Assembly: GCF_036588685.1 (NCBI RefSeq)
Contig: NC_086373.1
Location: forward strand, 88,164,001-88,228,000
DNA length: 64,000 bases
Source of the DNA: Mytilus trossulus
Lineage: Eukaryota
Direction of reading: 5' to 3'
The notes beneath the pieces are model-generated. The model was not told the DNA's origin. It did not search any database and saw only the letters and a list, made by a program, of their open reading frames with translations. A program made the translations under genes and the position numbers. How positions within the stretch are numbered: the first letter of the stretch is position 1; each line of letters begins with the position of its first letter. Positions 11,101 to 23,440 of the stretch are shown piece after piece.

Positions 11101-14100
11101 TTATATATATACATGAAGTTTAAAATGAAATATGATTAGAATGAACAATTTGTCCATCAAAATATTTAAACTTGAAACAGTTTGGTTGTTCTGTAAAAGC
11201 CCTCTAGGTACTATAGATATAGGAAGATGTGGTGTGAATGCCAATGAGACAACTCTCCATCCAAATAACAATTCATAACAGTAAACAATTATAGGTCAAT
11301 GTACGGCCTATAAAACGGAGCCTTGGCTCACACCAAACAAAAAGCTATAAAGGGCCCCAAAAATTACTAGTGTAAAACCATTCAAACAGGAAAACCAACA
11401 GTTTAACCTTTATAAAAAACGAAACAGAAACACATATAAATTACATAAACAAACAACTACTACTGTACATCACATTCCTGACTTAGGACAGGTGCAATTG
11501 TAACGGTTTATTTCTTCCTCTGTGATATTTTATCCTGAGGATAATTTATCACTGTAATTTTTTTCCAGGCATGGTATTTCACAGGTAGAATTTTTCCGGA
11601 GGAGTGAAAATCTATCTGTGTTATGCGGATAGTATGTACCGGTATATATTTGCCGTATCATATTTCACAGAACCTTGTGAAATATACTCCCAATAACTAG
11701 TATGTCAGTTACTCGCAATCAATATATACCTGACTTTAATTATAAAATGCTTCACAAAGGTAGAACAAATTTGCATAATCTATCAAAGGGAGGTAATTAT
11801 GCGCAATTTATATTTTTAAAGATATTCAATATAATATATTTCTGAATCTATTTCGTAGTAAAAATTTTCTTTGAATTTTATTTTTTATATATTCATTTAT
11901 ATAACAAGATGACTTACAACATATTAGTTTTTAATAAGACAGATATTATTTCACAGGTAAATACTATCCAGCTGTTAAAATTGCTTTTGTGCCAATATAT
12001 TGTTATGCTATAATTTATCTGAATTCCATATAATCAACAACAACATCTTTATCCCAGACTAGTTATATAGTTAAAAATATTATCATAATCAAATTCTTCC
12101 ATTACTGTTAACAGAAGTAATGCAACTATATTTCTACCTTTACATTTTAATTTATATTTGTACTGAGATCTGAAAACAACTCACTTTTACATGTATTTCA
12201 CCTACCTTATTTAATCGTGATATTATTTCACAATTACGATCTTTGAAATTATTTCTGGTTTTCTTTCTTAAGTTTGATAATAATTTTCTTTTTAAAAGAA
12301 TGATATTTACTTGAATTTTTTCAGGAAATGTTTTCAATGATTATTTGTGAAATAAATCCCATTAAAATACTTTTTTTTTACAAAATAGGTTTAATTCAAA
12401 TACACTTTTATCATTTCATAGTATTTGTAAAGGATAATTTTTTCTAATGACTATTCAATAAGTTAACCACCCAGATAGAATTTCATGGCAAAGGAAGAAA
12501 TATCCCAGGGAAATATTTTCCTCCGGATCAAATTTCACCCGGATATAATTTTGCTTTACACAATCATTTGCAGCGGGATTAAACGTTTTAATGTTCTCAT
12601 AAGTTTGACTGTATGGTCAGATATTGTGAGTTTCAAACCTTATAATAATGTTTTACAGAAATGATTTGAAATGTATGTAAATAATATTTTACAGAAATGA
12701 TTTGAAATGTATGTAAACTGTATAACACATACATGTATAATGAAATAAACTGCAAACTTGTGTAAAAAAATATATTTTGAAGATATAAATGACATAGACC
12801 CAACTGATAGTACCATGGGAAATTCCATGAATCAGAGGAGATGTGCTTTTATTGCTGCACTTTACCTTTAAGGAATGTCATCAACCATGAGTAAATTGAG
12901 TTTACATGTACATGTAAGTGTGAATCTACAGAGTAAGTACCTTCAGATTACGTAATGTACATAATGATTTCTTCGTTGCAATGTTGATTTCATTAGTTTC
13001 CAAATTTCGAACAGACACTGATTTCCCGGTACATTCAACATTAAGATCTGTGTAAGAGAAAAAAGAAAAGCTTCTATTTTTATACTGGGAATGATATAGT
13101 TACAAAATAATATTTATGCTAGGAGATTATATTCATTTTAAGTCCAGCCAAAATATTTTATTGTTGTTTGGACTTGCTCACACCTACAATCTCTTGTTGA
13201 AAGTTTAAACTTCAGTTGTTATTCTAATTAAATAGTTTTTTTTTACCTAAAATTATTTGAAAATCCAGCTTTAATGTAAAGGTTTGAGACACCAAAGGAT
13301 TTACTGTGGTATTGCAGTATGGTCACCTGGACTTCTCACACAGGCAAGTAAAAAAATCCAATGTTTTTAAAAATGTTGTGCCTCTTTGACACATTTTGTA
13401 GTGGCGTGTCTATTATAGCTTACTGTATGAGCTTACTCATTGTTGAAGCTATAGATTTACCTATAGTTGTACAACATCTGGATCATTAGGATTCTGGTGA
13501 ATAGTTGTCTCATTGACAGTCACAAAACATCTCAGTATTTAAAAGGAGAAGGACAATTGTTTGACAGTGTGATACATATACTATACCTATATATAATTAA
13601 AAATGATAAAAAAATAAACCTGAGAGAGTGCCTTTCTCTCTTCGTAAAAAAATATATAATAAAAGCTTGAAACATCTCTAAGAGTGGTCCCTACATGCAA
13701 GTGGTCTGTTGCAAGGTAATTTTTCCACAAGTTTTTCATGTGCCTTTCTTGATTTCAGATGATACCCCTACTTGCATATCATATAAAGTTATAGTTGAAC
13801 ATAACTGAAAAACAATAAAAGTGACAATACCCAAATTTGTCCTTGATCTGAGTGTTGTGGTTATAAGTGTTGTGTATAAGTTTCATAATATTTGGTGGAG
13901 GCAAAATAAAGTTAGAGAACAAAACAAAAACAAAAATAGCATTTTTATATTTGTAAAGGGGCATAACTCTTGAACATGGAAAAGTGACACCTCCAAAATA
14001 CAAATTTGATCTGTATTTTGAGAATTAAGCATTGTGTATAAGTTTCATAACATTTGTGTGAGGCTAACTTAGGTAAGCATGGTAAGAGAACAGAAACTAA

Positions 14101-15049
14101 AAATTCAACATTTTTTCCATTTGTAAAGGGGCATAACTCGAAAAAGTTAAAGTAACACTATAATTATTCAGGGTCACAAAAATACAAGGTTACAAAAGTT
14201 CAAAATTGGTATGTATTTTGTGGTAATAAGCATTGTGTGTTAGTTTCCTAACATTTTGTTGAGGCAAACAATTAAAGTAAGGGAACAGAAAGGAAAAATT
14301 TAGCAATTAAGCAATTTTTCCATTTGTAAAGGGGCATAACTTTAGAACAGTTATAGTCATGCCTCCAAACTTTTTTTTATCTGTGTTTTGTGGTAATAAG
14401 CATTTTGTGTGAGTTTCATAAGATTACTCATTAGGTTTAGGCAAACTAAAGTTATAGAACAGAAACCAGCATTGGGATGAACCGACATACAGACAAGGGT
14501 AAAACTTATTGACCGCTTCGCTTTGGCTGGGGACATAAAAATATTTGTGCAATTGCCATAAAATCAACATATAAATAAATTACCATAATTAATTGGCATC
14601 TGTATAGAACAAGTAGCTGGAAAATTCACCATTGTATTGAATTTGGCAGTTATTTTAATGTCATTTTTATCTGATGTATCAATGTTAAAACTGTACAACT
14701 TTGTAAGAGCAGCAAGTGAAATGTTATTGATAGGTTCTGTTTTAGATTCCTTCTCTTCTGGGGTATAATTAAGTCTAATGAACAATTTCCCCATGTCTGA
14801 ATATTCCTGAGGATCTAACGATTCAATATCTAAGCTGAATGGTACCGATATATTTAATCTGCCGAATCTTTCAACACCATGAAACCATGTTTCTAGGAGT
14901 CCTGGTTGAGATGTTTTTAACTTTGAAGTCTCAGTATCCACATTTGTTTTAGATGAGCAAGAATTATGAAATACAAGTATTCTGCACTTCATTGTTTTAG
15001 AGAGTATCATGTGCCTCTGACATAACAAGCTTCGCAATTTAAAGGTCAT
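5179..15049 (-). CDS. FAM185A: FAM185A-like protein, 7 coding exons: 15049-14584, 13047-12941, 11014-10922, 8039-7859, 6874-6779, 6405-6274, 5294-5179 (1191 nt, about 396 aa)
   Basis: All introns are GT-AG with matching phases. N-terminal region LLETWFHGVERFGRLNISVPFSLDIESLDPQEY, repeated beta-solenoid-like T/SxxGxI units and C-terminal DWMESLKL resemble FAM185A. The basic N-terminus is compatible with a mitochondrial presequence. Confidence 0.87.
6893..7464. mobile_element. Foldback MITE with long (about 200 bp) imperfect TIRs CTATAGTCGCCGTCAGCTGAAA..., flanked by TA (Tc1/mariner-like TSD)
   Basis: Inverted arms are directly visible; TA at 6891-6892 and 7465-7466. The mirror-image ORFs 6950-7306(-) and 7178-7405(+) share the peptide GRSVVVFL...IYEWNVKNYI because of the palindrome. 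Confidence 0.85.
8683..8780. repeat. Minisatellite, about 28-bp unit (ttttacctatatcataaactgtacatg), about 3.5 copies
   Basis: Direct tandem copies are visible. Confidence 0.85.
8975..9262. repeat. Tandem repeat, 3 x 96 bp
   Basis: Units start at 8975, 9071 and 9167 (aactaatgagtgaggaagtag...agagacat) and are nearly identical. Confidence 0.92.
10027..10617. mobile_element. MITE with AAGGAGTAGGTC... terminal inverted repeats
   Basis: aaggagtaggtcccgtaagacc at the left versus ggtccttaccagacctactcctt at the right; no clean TSD. Confidence 0.65.
11213..11498 (+). repeat. Dispersed repeat (tagatataggaagatgtggtgtgaatgccaatgagacaactctc...), apparently resuming at about 12565 after an insertion; related copies at about 204-280/2251-2292, 1315-1470 and 56370-56420
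   Basis: Multiple similar copies in the window. Confidence 0.75.
11499..12560. mobile_element. Non-autonomous element with TGT...ACA ends, imperfect TIRs and 4-bp TSD CAAT (Ginger-like)
   Basis: CAAT at 11495-11498 and 12561-12564; tgtaa...ttaca termini; inverted similarity over about 40 bp (gatattttatcctgagga vs tcctccggatcaaatttc). Confidence 0.6.
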
Positions 15050-15333
15050 TGTGTTGCTGGGAACCGTAAACCTAGTTCACTGGTGAGTAGGTTGTTACAC
15101 AATCCAAGACAGGAAACCAACGTTTGCTTATAAATTATATTTCAACGGACAGAACTGAATGGTTCCGGATTAATAAATTTGGTCAGAGTTGTCTTTCTTC
15201 GTATGGAACCTTCCAACAAAAAGCCTTTTTTTTACTTTAACAAAAAGAAAGATGTGGAATAGTTTCCAATGGTATGTTACTATCCACCAGATATCAAATG
15301 CCATAGAGGTTTACAACTATAACTTAGATTTAA

Positions 15334-15724
15334 GGATGTCTGCTGCTCTAATTTAAAATAACAAGGATTTTATGTGGTTGCTTAAAATGAAAACAACTTT
15401 GATATTTAAACAAAATAAAGTAATAAAATCATTAGTCTCGTGTGTAGTTTTCAAAATACGAGACATTTAGAAAATGGCGGGAAAAGGGTTTTCTTCAGAC
15501 TTTACTATTTGTAAACATTGGAATTGTTTTTTACCCTTTAAACCAAGAAAAAATAACAAGGATTTCATGCCGCCGGATCACTAAATCTGAAATGATCTAT
15601 TGAACAGATTTATGAAGACAAAAGTGGGGTGTCGTGTAAAAAAAAAATTAATACATTTGGATGGATAAAACCTGAGAAAATCGAAAATATGACAAGAATT
15701 CAAAAACATGACCAGCAGACATCC
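15334..15724. mobile_element. Non-autonomous TTAA-targeting DNA transposon with GGATGTCTGCTG TIRs (Kolobok-like)
   Basis: TTAA|GGATGTCTGCTG ... CAGCAGACATCC|TTAA. Purine-initial termini with a TTAA TSD fit Kolobok rather than piggyBac. A degenerate relative lies at about 10640-10880. Confidence 0.75.
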
Positions 15725-18406
15725 TTAACATATAAGAACAGTGTCAGTTTAATAAATTGATATTGATTCACTAATAGGGTCTTTGCATCGGAATTAAACA
15801 CATTTATTCTAAAACCAGTTGTTGGCATGACACGGGTTATGTTCTTCTCATATATATATGATGATGATATAATGTTAAACCCCTAACAGGAGGGTTTGTG
15901 CCTGATATTCATATGATGAAGACATAATCTTTCAATCCGGCAGTTTAATTGAGGTCTGGAGATGACATGTCAGTAACTGACATCCGGGTGCGGGAGTTTC
16001 AGTCTCGTTGCATTGAAGACCCATTGGTGACCTTCGGCTGTTTACTGCTCTATGGGCGAGAAGTTGTCTCTTTGACACATTCCTAATTTCCATTCTCAAT
16101 TTTAAGTCTTACTTTACAAAAACCTATAAGAACTTATCAAGGCCTGATTTGTAAACTAAGTTTTACTATACAAATCCTTGGTCTTATATATATAATATGC
16201 ATATCCAGAAATCAACGCCACTTTGCTTATTTGAATATTATACTAAAGAAATCGGATACGGGTCACGGAAATTACTAAAAATGATAGGGTATTTTGAAAA
16301 AAATGCCTTTTTTAATTTTAATTTCAGTGATAGACAGGTTGCCGGGGCAGAAAATGAATATACACAACAATATACACCATTTAAACGAAACATTATGACT
16401 GTTGTTGCAAAAATACAGGTTCCTGAGCTATTTTAAATATCGAAGCGAGAGGCCTTTAACATTGCAGTGTAAAATACAGGCTAAACAAAAAAAAAAAAAA
16501 AAAAAAGAAAATGGCTGAAACGTCAAATTTTCCAACTTCGTGTTGAAAATTGGATTACAAGGTCATTACAAAAACATGTTGCCGGGGTGGATTTTGAAAC
16601 TTGAATTTCCAAAGAATAAGCAAGTCCAAACCTTGTATGTGTAGTCGTTGAACTCTAGGTTCCCACGTAAAATTAAAATGTCACTATTTCAAGAAGAATA
16701 AACTCACGAAAGCACGAAAAAATCACTAAATTCACGTTCATTGTTTTGATTTTGACCGAAAACTGACAACTTTACGGAAGTATCAAAGTGATTGTAAGTA
16801 AGGACTCTGTGACGGGCAACTTATAATATCCGTGTTTTAAAGATTTTAATGATATCAAGCCTATCAAGCCAGTCCAGTTCAAACTACTATCACGTGGTAC
16901 AATTCTCATTTACATATTATGAATATTAATTAGCAAAACCACTACTCATTTCTGGCTATGGATAGTGTAATAGTTCCAAATGAAACGAACTGTCGCTCAG
17001 TCACTCACTGATTGGAAAATGATAGCATGGACATCCCGAACACAATGAGGGAAACATTAGCCTGGTTTTGGCTGAACACTACGCATTTGTTCATAGACAG
17101 TTGTTTGAGTGTGGCGTTCAGTCCAGTTTAGGAAAACATAGTACTAGATCATTTCCTTGAAAAGGGTTTAAGAACACCATATGCTTTAACGGAGTTATGT
17201 AAATTCGAAACTGATAGAATGTCCGAGGATTAACTCGAACTTATCATAAATTAAATATAATGTATCAAAAACTATCATAGATTCAAAAGTCTCTGACAAA
17301 GCAAATCAACCCTGATTGTGGGATAGGGACCAAATGAAATTTTCACAATAATGCGATGTTTTAAAATGCTATTGCATATCAAATAGCTTTGATCTATCAT
17401 AAAATAACCCTGACCTAATCACAAAAGGATTTCTTCGTAATTGACAACTATTATTTCCGAATGTTCAAAATCAAATGACAGAGAGGCATGATATATCACC
17501 ATTCAAATTTATAATTCGAATATTCTTCTCATACAAAATATATTTCTCATCAGGGCTGATTCATTTTAAAGTCCGTTCAATCTTTTTTGAAATTCATACA
17601 TTAATATAACAGCACAAATTGTGTACAAAATTAGCCTATGTCTTATTTCTATAAAGGCCACCAAACCATTAACACTTGAAAATAACATCGAACCACAAAA
17701 CATATATATACAAGAGGGAACATCGTTAAACACAACCAAAATGAAGGATTTTTTACCTTACAGTGAAAAAACTACAGGGGAAATAGAAAATATTTTATGT
17801 CATACCCTGAATCTGTGGGAATCAGTTGTGAATAAAATCCCTTTTCTAAACATTTACTTTATTTTCAATCTTGATTAGGACCGTTTAAGTTAAAATAAAA
17901 ATAAAAATAAAGGAGAGAAAATGCTTAAGCCATGTAACAAAGATGTCACTGAAAAAAATGTAAAGCATGTCAATTTCTTCCTTCCAAGTCTCCATAATGA
18001 CTTTAGCAGATAATGAAAATCTCAAATTTACCAATTACCTACACGAATAAGCAAAAAGAAACAAAAGGAGAAAAAGAATGAAAGGTTGAATATATATGCC
18101 AACGTAACTTAATAACCTATACCTAGAGACATCTGGTTTATAGTACACATTGAGCCTACACGGTCTTTTAGTTTTTAAATAGTTATTGTCAAATAAGTTT
18201 GATATTCTTTTGTTAAAAAAACTATATGATTCGTAATTTAAACCGCGAGGAATTGCCTTTATAGATCAAAATTGACAGAAAGGGCATTGTCTTGGGAACT
18301 GACAACAACTAAAAGTAAAAACAAATCACTTAACCGTTACAAATATTATCTCGTTACAATATTTTTAGACTCAAATGATATCCGTTATTCAAAACGAGGC
18401 AAGGGT

Positions 18407-19727
18407 ATGACCATAATTGACCTAGTACAGCGGGATCCAAAAGGTTCTAACCATTACGTTAAGGTGAAATCTTTTTTGAATACACACTTTATATATGTAC
18501 ACACACACAATAGAACGGTGATTTTGGTTGCACATCATTCAAATACATACATCCGTTAAGCCATCAATGTCAAGACAATGGATTAGAAGTAAACATGCTT
18601 TTAAAATAAGCACAGTTTTGGGGCAAATCCTCTTTAACCACCTTACCATACGACTAACTTACACCTCATTCAAAAGACACTGATTCGGGCATTAATTTTT
18701 TGTATGGTCATTAGGATGAAAAATATCGCATATTTCTGGACTTTAGGTTGTAATATCATTGACACTTCAATTTGTGAAAGGCTAATCTGAATTGGTTATT
18801 TCTGTAGTAAAGTAGCTGTTTGAATGACGTATACCGGAACACCATATTTCATTTAATCATTATATAATATAGTAAAAGTTGTTTTTCTTTCTTCAAAAAC
18901 AAAAGCTGATTACCTTTGCTAATTACATACATATTCGACAAACATTGCATCAAACGTTGACGTCAAAAATGATATAACTACCAATAATTACGGCTTTTAT
19001 TAAGATTATATGAATTAATGTTGATATACTGAAGAGAGAGTCTATCGGCATCCGGACATCAACAAAAGATATACCAGTGTTGTTACGGTAGCTTCTCCAG
19101 ATGGAATAGACCATCTTAAACCAAGAACAACAGATCACCGATGCTCCCTTATAAGCACCATTCATATTGAGAATTGTTTCACTTGACGTATTGTGAAGAG
19201 TTTAATGTGGTCGCTTTCTTGTATGTATCAAAACCGTGTCATAGTTCAACCTTACTAGCATATGTGTTCAAATTGAAAGACGAAAACGTTGTTTCAAATA
19301 TTTTTGATATATGATTGATAAATTTGTATCTTATTCACGGCTTGTTTCACTCTAAATTTTAAATTTTTAGGTAACATTTGAGCATGTTCTGGCAGAAGCA
19401 GAAGGTGTCCACAGTTTAGACTGCACTTGGAACTGTGTTCACAGTACTTATACCGGAGCTCGTAACTGTTGCTATGCAACGCTGACATTTTTTATAGGAT
19501 TGTGTTGCGCACTTTGTTGGGGTTGCCATTTTGGCGTAGTTTCGTTTTTCCATGTATGGTGTATATCACCAACATTAAGTGTCGTGGCATATATGTTGGA
19601 ATGTTGTTACAGCATAATTGGTAACATTGTCATATGTATCTTTGCGCCTATATGCGACACGTGTGGCATCTTGCTTACACGTATTCAAATAGAAAGCCAC
19701 AATTTGTTTAATGCAGATTTTGTTTAA
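18407..19727 (+). CDS. Caveolin family protein A (exons 18407-18463, 19371-19727; 137 aa)
   Basis: MTIIDLVQRDPKGSNHYVK|VTFEHVLAEAEGVHSLDCTW...; DL..RDP..N...K|V.FE.V.AE..G.HS.D caveolin signature; phase-0 GT-AG intron; open to the stop. Confidence 0.88.
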
Positions 19728-19787
19728 GCTTTTTTGTATTATTGAATATTCCAATAAAGTGCATTCTTTGAAAAAAAAATGGCCAAT

Positions 19788-19875
19788 ATCCTCGTTGTCC
19801 ATAGCCACCTCCTTCAATATCTTGGCTGTCCATAGCCACGTCATTGAATATCCTCGTTATCCATAGCCACTTCCT
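19788..19875. repeat. Short tandem repeat, about 31 bp x 3 (tatcctcgttgtccatagccac...)
   Basis: Three imperfect copies just 3' of caveolin A. Confidence 0.7.
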
Positions 19876-20496
19876 TAAATAAAACAATATTGACTGAAAT
19901 TGCACGAAAACTGACGACCAAGATAAGTTGATATGACTTGAAAACAATGGTATGATATAATTCCAAAGTTTGTAAAATACAATAGCTACGTATTGTCTAA
20001 AGTGAAACTGAACTTCTCCTCTATAGCAGTTTGTGTGTTTTTATTATGATTTTAATCGTAAATATAGTTTTATATTTTTATAAGAAGAAATAACAACCAT
20101 ATATATTAACTACGACTTGTTATGTCGTATATATAAGAGCAAGGACATATCAAATATGTAAAAATATACTGAACTCCGAGAAAAATTTAAAACGGAAAGT
20201 CCGCAATCAAATGGCAAAATCAAAAGTTCAAAGCACATCAAATGAATAGATAATAACTGTCATATTCCTGACGTGGTACAGTCATTTATTTGTAGAAAAT
20301 AATAATTTAGTAATTTTGTAGAAAATGATGGAGTAAACCTGGTTTTATAGCTAGCTTAACCTCGCACTTGTATGACAGTCCAAAAAAATTCCATTTTATT
20401 GATACATGTAATACAAACAGACATAATAGGTAAAACATTAAAATAGGGATATATCAATCAACATTGTGTTATAATCTTAAACAATTTAAAAATTAA

Positions 20497-21570
20497 AATC
20501 GCCTAGTTCGTCAATGATTCCTGCTTTGAGATGACTGCGTATGACAAATTCGAGGTATAAGTCTAAAAATGAGGCGGATGAAGCTGTTGGGTCTGTTTTT
20601 TCTTCAATCACTTGTTCTTGTTGATATCAATGCAACCCAATCAGGAATGTTTGGATTGTTAACAGAAAGAAAATCATCAATATATCAGAATGTGAAATTA
20701 AATGATCTGGCTTCTTTCATCTTATTCTTTTTTAAAGTATCTTAAGGAACCCCGACTCATATGAAAATAAGAAGAGGTCGGCAGGGAGAGGCGCACACTT
20801 TGTTCTAAAAGAAATGCCGACAACTTGTTCAAAAAGTCTACCTCAAATTTCACGAATTTGTTGACAATAAGAAACTCCAGCATACTGATAACTTTTCTCT
20901 GTGTAGCATGTTTTACCTTTTTGTTCACTATTAACAAAATATGCCGTATAGTATCCCAAAGTACTAAATGTATAGCGTATGCTACAATTTTTATGTTGGA
21001 AAGCATTGTGCATTATTTCTTTCAGACGATTTTTCAATTTCACATGGGGAACGGTCGTATACAGGGTTGAAAAATCCAAAAGTGTTGATAGAACTAATTT
21101 CCGAAAAAAGATCTAGTAGATATATAAAATTATCCAGAAGCTCTTTACAGTTTTCAATCACTCATGAGTAAACAGTTTCACAGTATTTCTGAAGACTCCC
21201 TTTCACTGTGGAGGTATTTTTTTTCAATCGAACGGACAATTCTTTGGTCGGACACGTAGATAGGCCGGCAATGAACAGTTACTTGTACGGAATTTTATAA
21301 TAAAAGCTTAGTTATCCAATACAAACAAGGTAAGTCGTTTGGTCGTTTTTTCATACATTTTTTCTACTTATGAATGCGACGTTTTATCAGACCTGATTGT
21401 TTTGACCCATTCTGACAAAATGTCCAGTTCAAGTTCTACTCGTTTAGCCCATGTCTCTGGCATTGTCCCTAATGGAATCCATAGTCATCTTGAAATTATG
21501 GTTTCAATTTCTGTGTTTGGGTTCTTTTACTTAGGACCATGAGATATTACCGTTCCGAGATTTACTCAAG
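20497..21570 (-). mobile_element. Degenerate Penelope-like retroelement RT fragment
   Basis: DFSTLYTTVPHVKLKNRLKE motif and downstream F(T)F.YIDD-like remnants, with frameshifts and stops. Confidence 0.8.
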
Positions 21571-22970
21571 ATAATTAAAACATCCTGTACAAAAATTTTG
21601 AAAAAAGGGGGAAGTTTGTTCCTTTATTATCTGCGAAACAAAACATATTTGCAGTTAATAGTATCAAAATTTTGTATTATCTCATATCGACGTACTCAAA
21701 TGGAATATATATACAAATCTTCGAGTCAACTGGTACTCTCATCAACCTATTACAGAGGAAACATAAGAGGCACATTTATAATGATATGTACCCGGATGTT
21801 GTTGACATCGAAATGTAATATTATTGAATAGTATGTCCATATTATTGATTGAAAGATATATATTTATGGTGTTATCGTTCATTTAATTGCGTTTTGAAAG
21901 AAACGTTGAACTCTTACAATGACGTTTAAGAATTATGAAACATAAATCTCACATAAATTTGTTATTTGAAGAAAAGCAATTTTAAAATCCATTTGCAATA
22001 GGTTATTTCAATTTTAAACTTTCTAATTTACCTCCGCAAAATATATGTCAACAAGTTGAGAGAGAAGTGTTTGTAAGTAAAAAAACGTTTGATGTCAGTT
22101 TTACCAGAAGAAATCATTCCTTAATTCAAATTCACAAACTCAATTGTATGAAGTTTAAATTAGAAAAGAAAAATGAAAATGTCCTATTATAATACATAGG
22201 ACATCCTTGTTGGCCATGATTTTTTGCACAACCGAAGGGATATGAGAATCTCCTATATATCATTTAGGCTAAATTTTATTTGAACTGTCTAAAAATTTTA
22301 GACAATTTAAAACATTTAGAGGAGAAATAAAGGCAACAGTAGTATACCGCTGTTCAAAACTCTCAAATCCATGGACAAAAAACAAAATCGGGGTAACAAA
22401 CTAAAACTGAGGGAAACGCATAGAGGAGACATCAAAAACGCCCAAAATGTTATCAGATGAGTCCTACTGACGACTGGTTTGACCAAAAGAGAACAGAAAA
22501 ACTAGAAGCAAAACACATTAACCATAATAAGGTTGTGAACTCAGGTTCACTGGAAAGGTAAGAGCTCCTATACCATTAAAGACTTCTGCCGTGCTGCACA
22601 TGGCATGATTAATTCATGTTCGTTGATAAACGATTCGACATGCGAAACAAATCTATAGTTATCTATGTGATAAATCCACCAAGCAAAACACATATGTTGT
22701 CAAAAATAATAATGGTGACATTTACAGCTAGAATTTTGAGTACATTAAACAACGATTTGGAGACTTTAACTTAAAGTGGTCCAATTTCTGATCGATTTAT
22801 TTATTAAATTGCCTACATTTTGACCAGGCTGTGTGTTCTCTTGACTATCAAATAAAGTCACATTCTGCTCATTGAATTAGATATACATTTATCCTGTATC
22901 CTACAATCAGACAACTATGGCACACATAACAGATACACAGATAGTTTTCTGCTCTATATTTACTTGTACA

Positions 22971-23440
22971 AATAGTTATCAAAGGAACCAGGATTATAAT
23001 TTAGTACGCCAGACGCGCGATTCGTTTACATAAGACTCATCAGTGACGGTCATATTTATTAATCAAAACAAGTACAAAGTTGACGAGCATTGAGGATAAA
23101 AAATTCCAAAACGTTGTGCCAACTACGGCTATGGTTATCTATGCCTGGTAATCTATATAAGAAAATCCATAGTTTTTCGAAAAATTCAAAGTTTTGTAAA
23201 CAGGAAATTATAAAAACGACCACATTATTGATATTCATGTCAACACCGAAATGTTGACTACTGGGCTAGTGACACCCTCGGGGACGAAACGTCCACCAGC
23301 AGTAGCATCGACCCAATAGTGTAAATAGTTATCAAAGGTACCAGGATTATAATTTAGTAAGGCAGACGCGCTTCAGTGACGCTCATATCAAAATATTTAT
23401 AAAGCCAAACAAGTAAAAAATTGAAGAGCATTGAAAACCA
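22971..23440 (-). mobile_element. Non-LTR retrozyme-like repeat, about 1.3 tandem units of about 353 nt, with degenerate hammerhead motifs (23006-23048 mutated; about 23360-23382 core deleted)
   Basis: Unit start aatagttatcaaagg recurs at 22971 and 23324; same family as 45762-46136. Confidence 0.78.

Noticed and set aside
17059-17131. Imperfect hairpin as a possible pre-miRNA
   Set aside because: Pairing is too interrupted and the loop too large to support a call from sequence alone.
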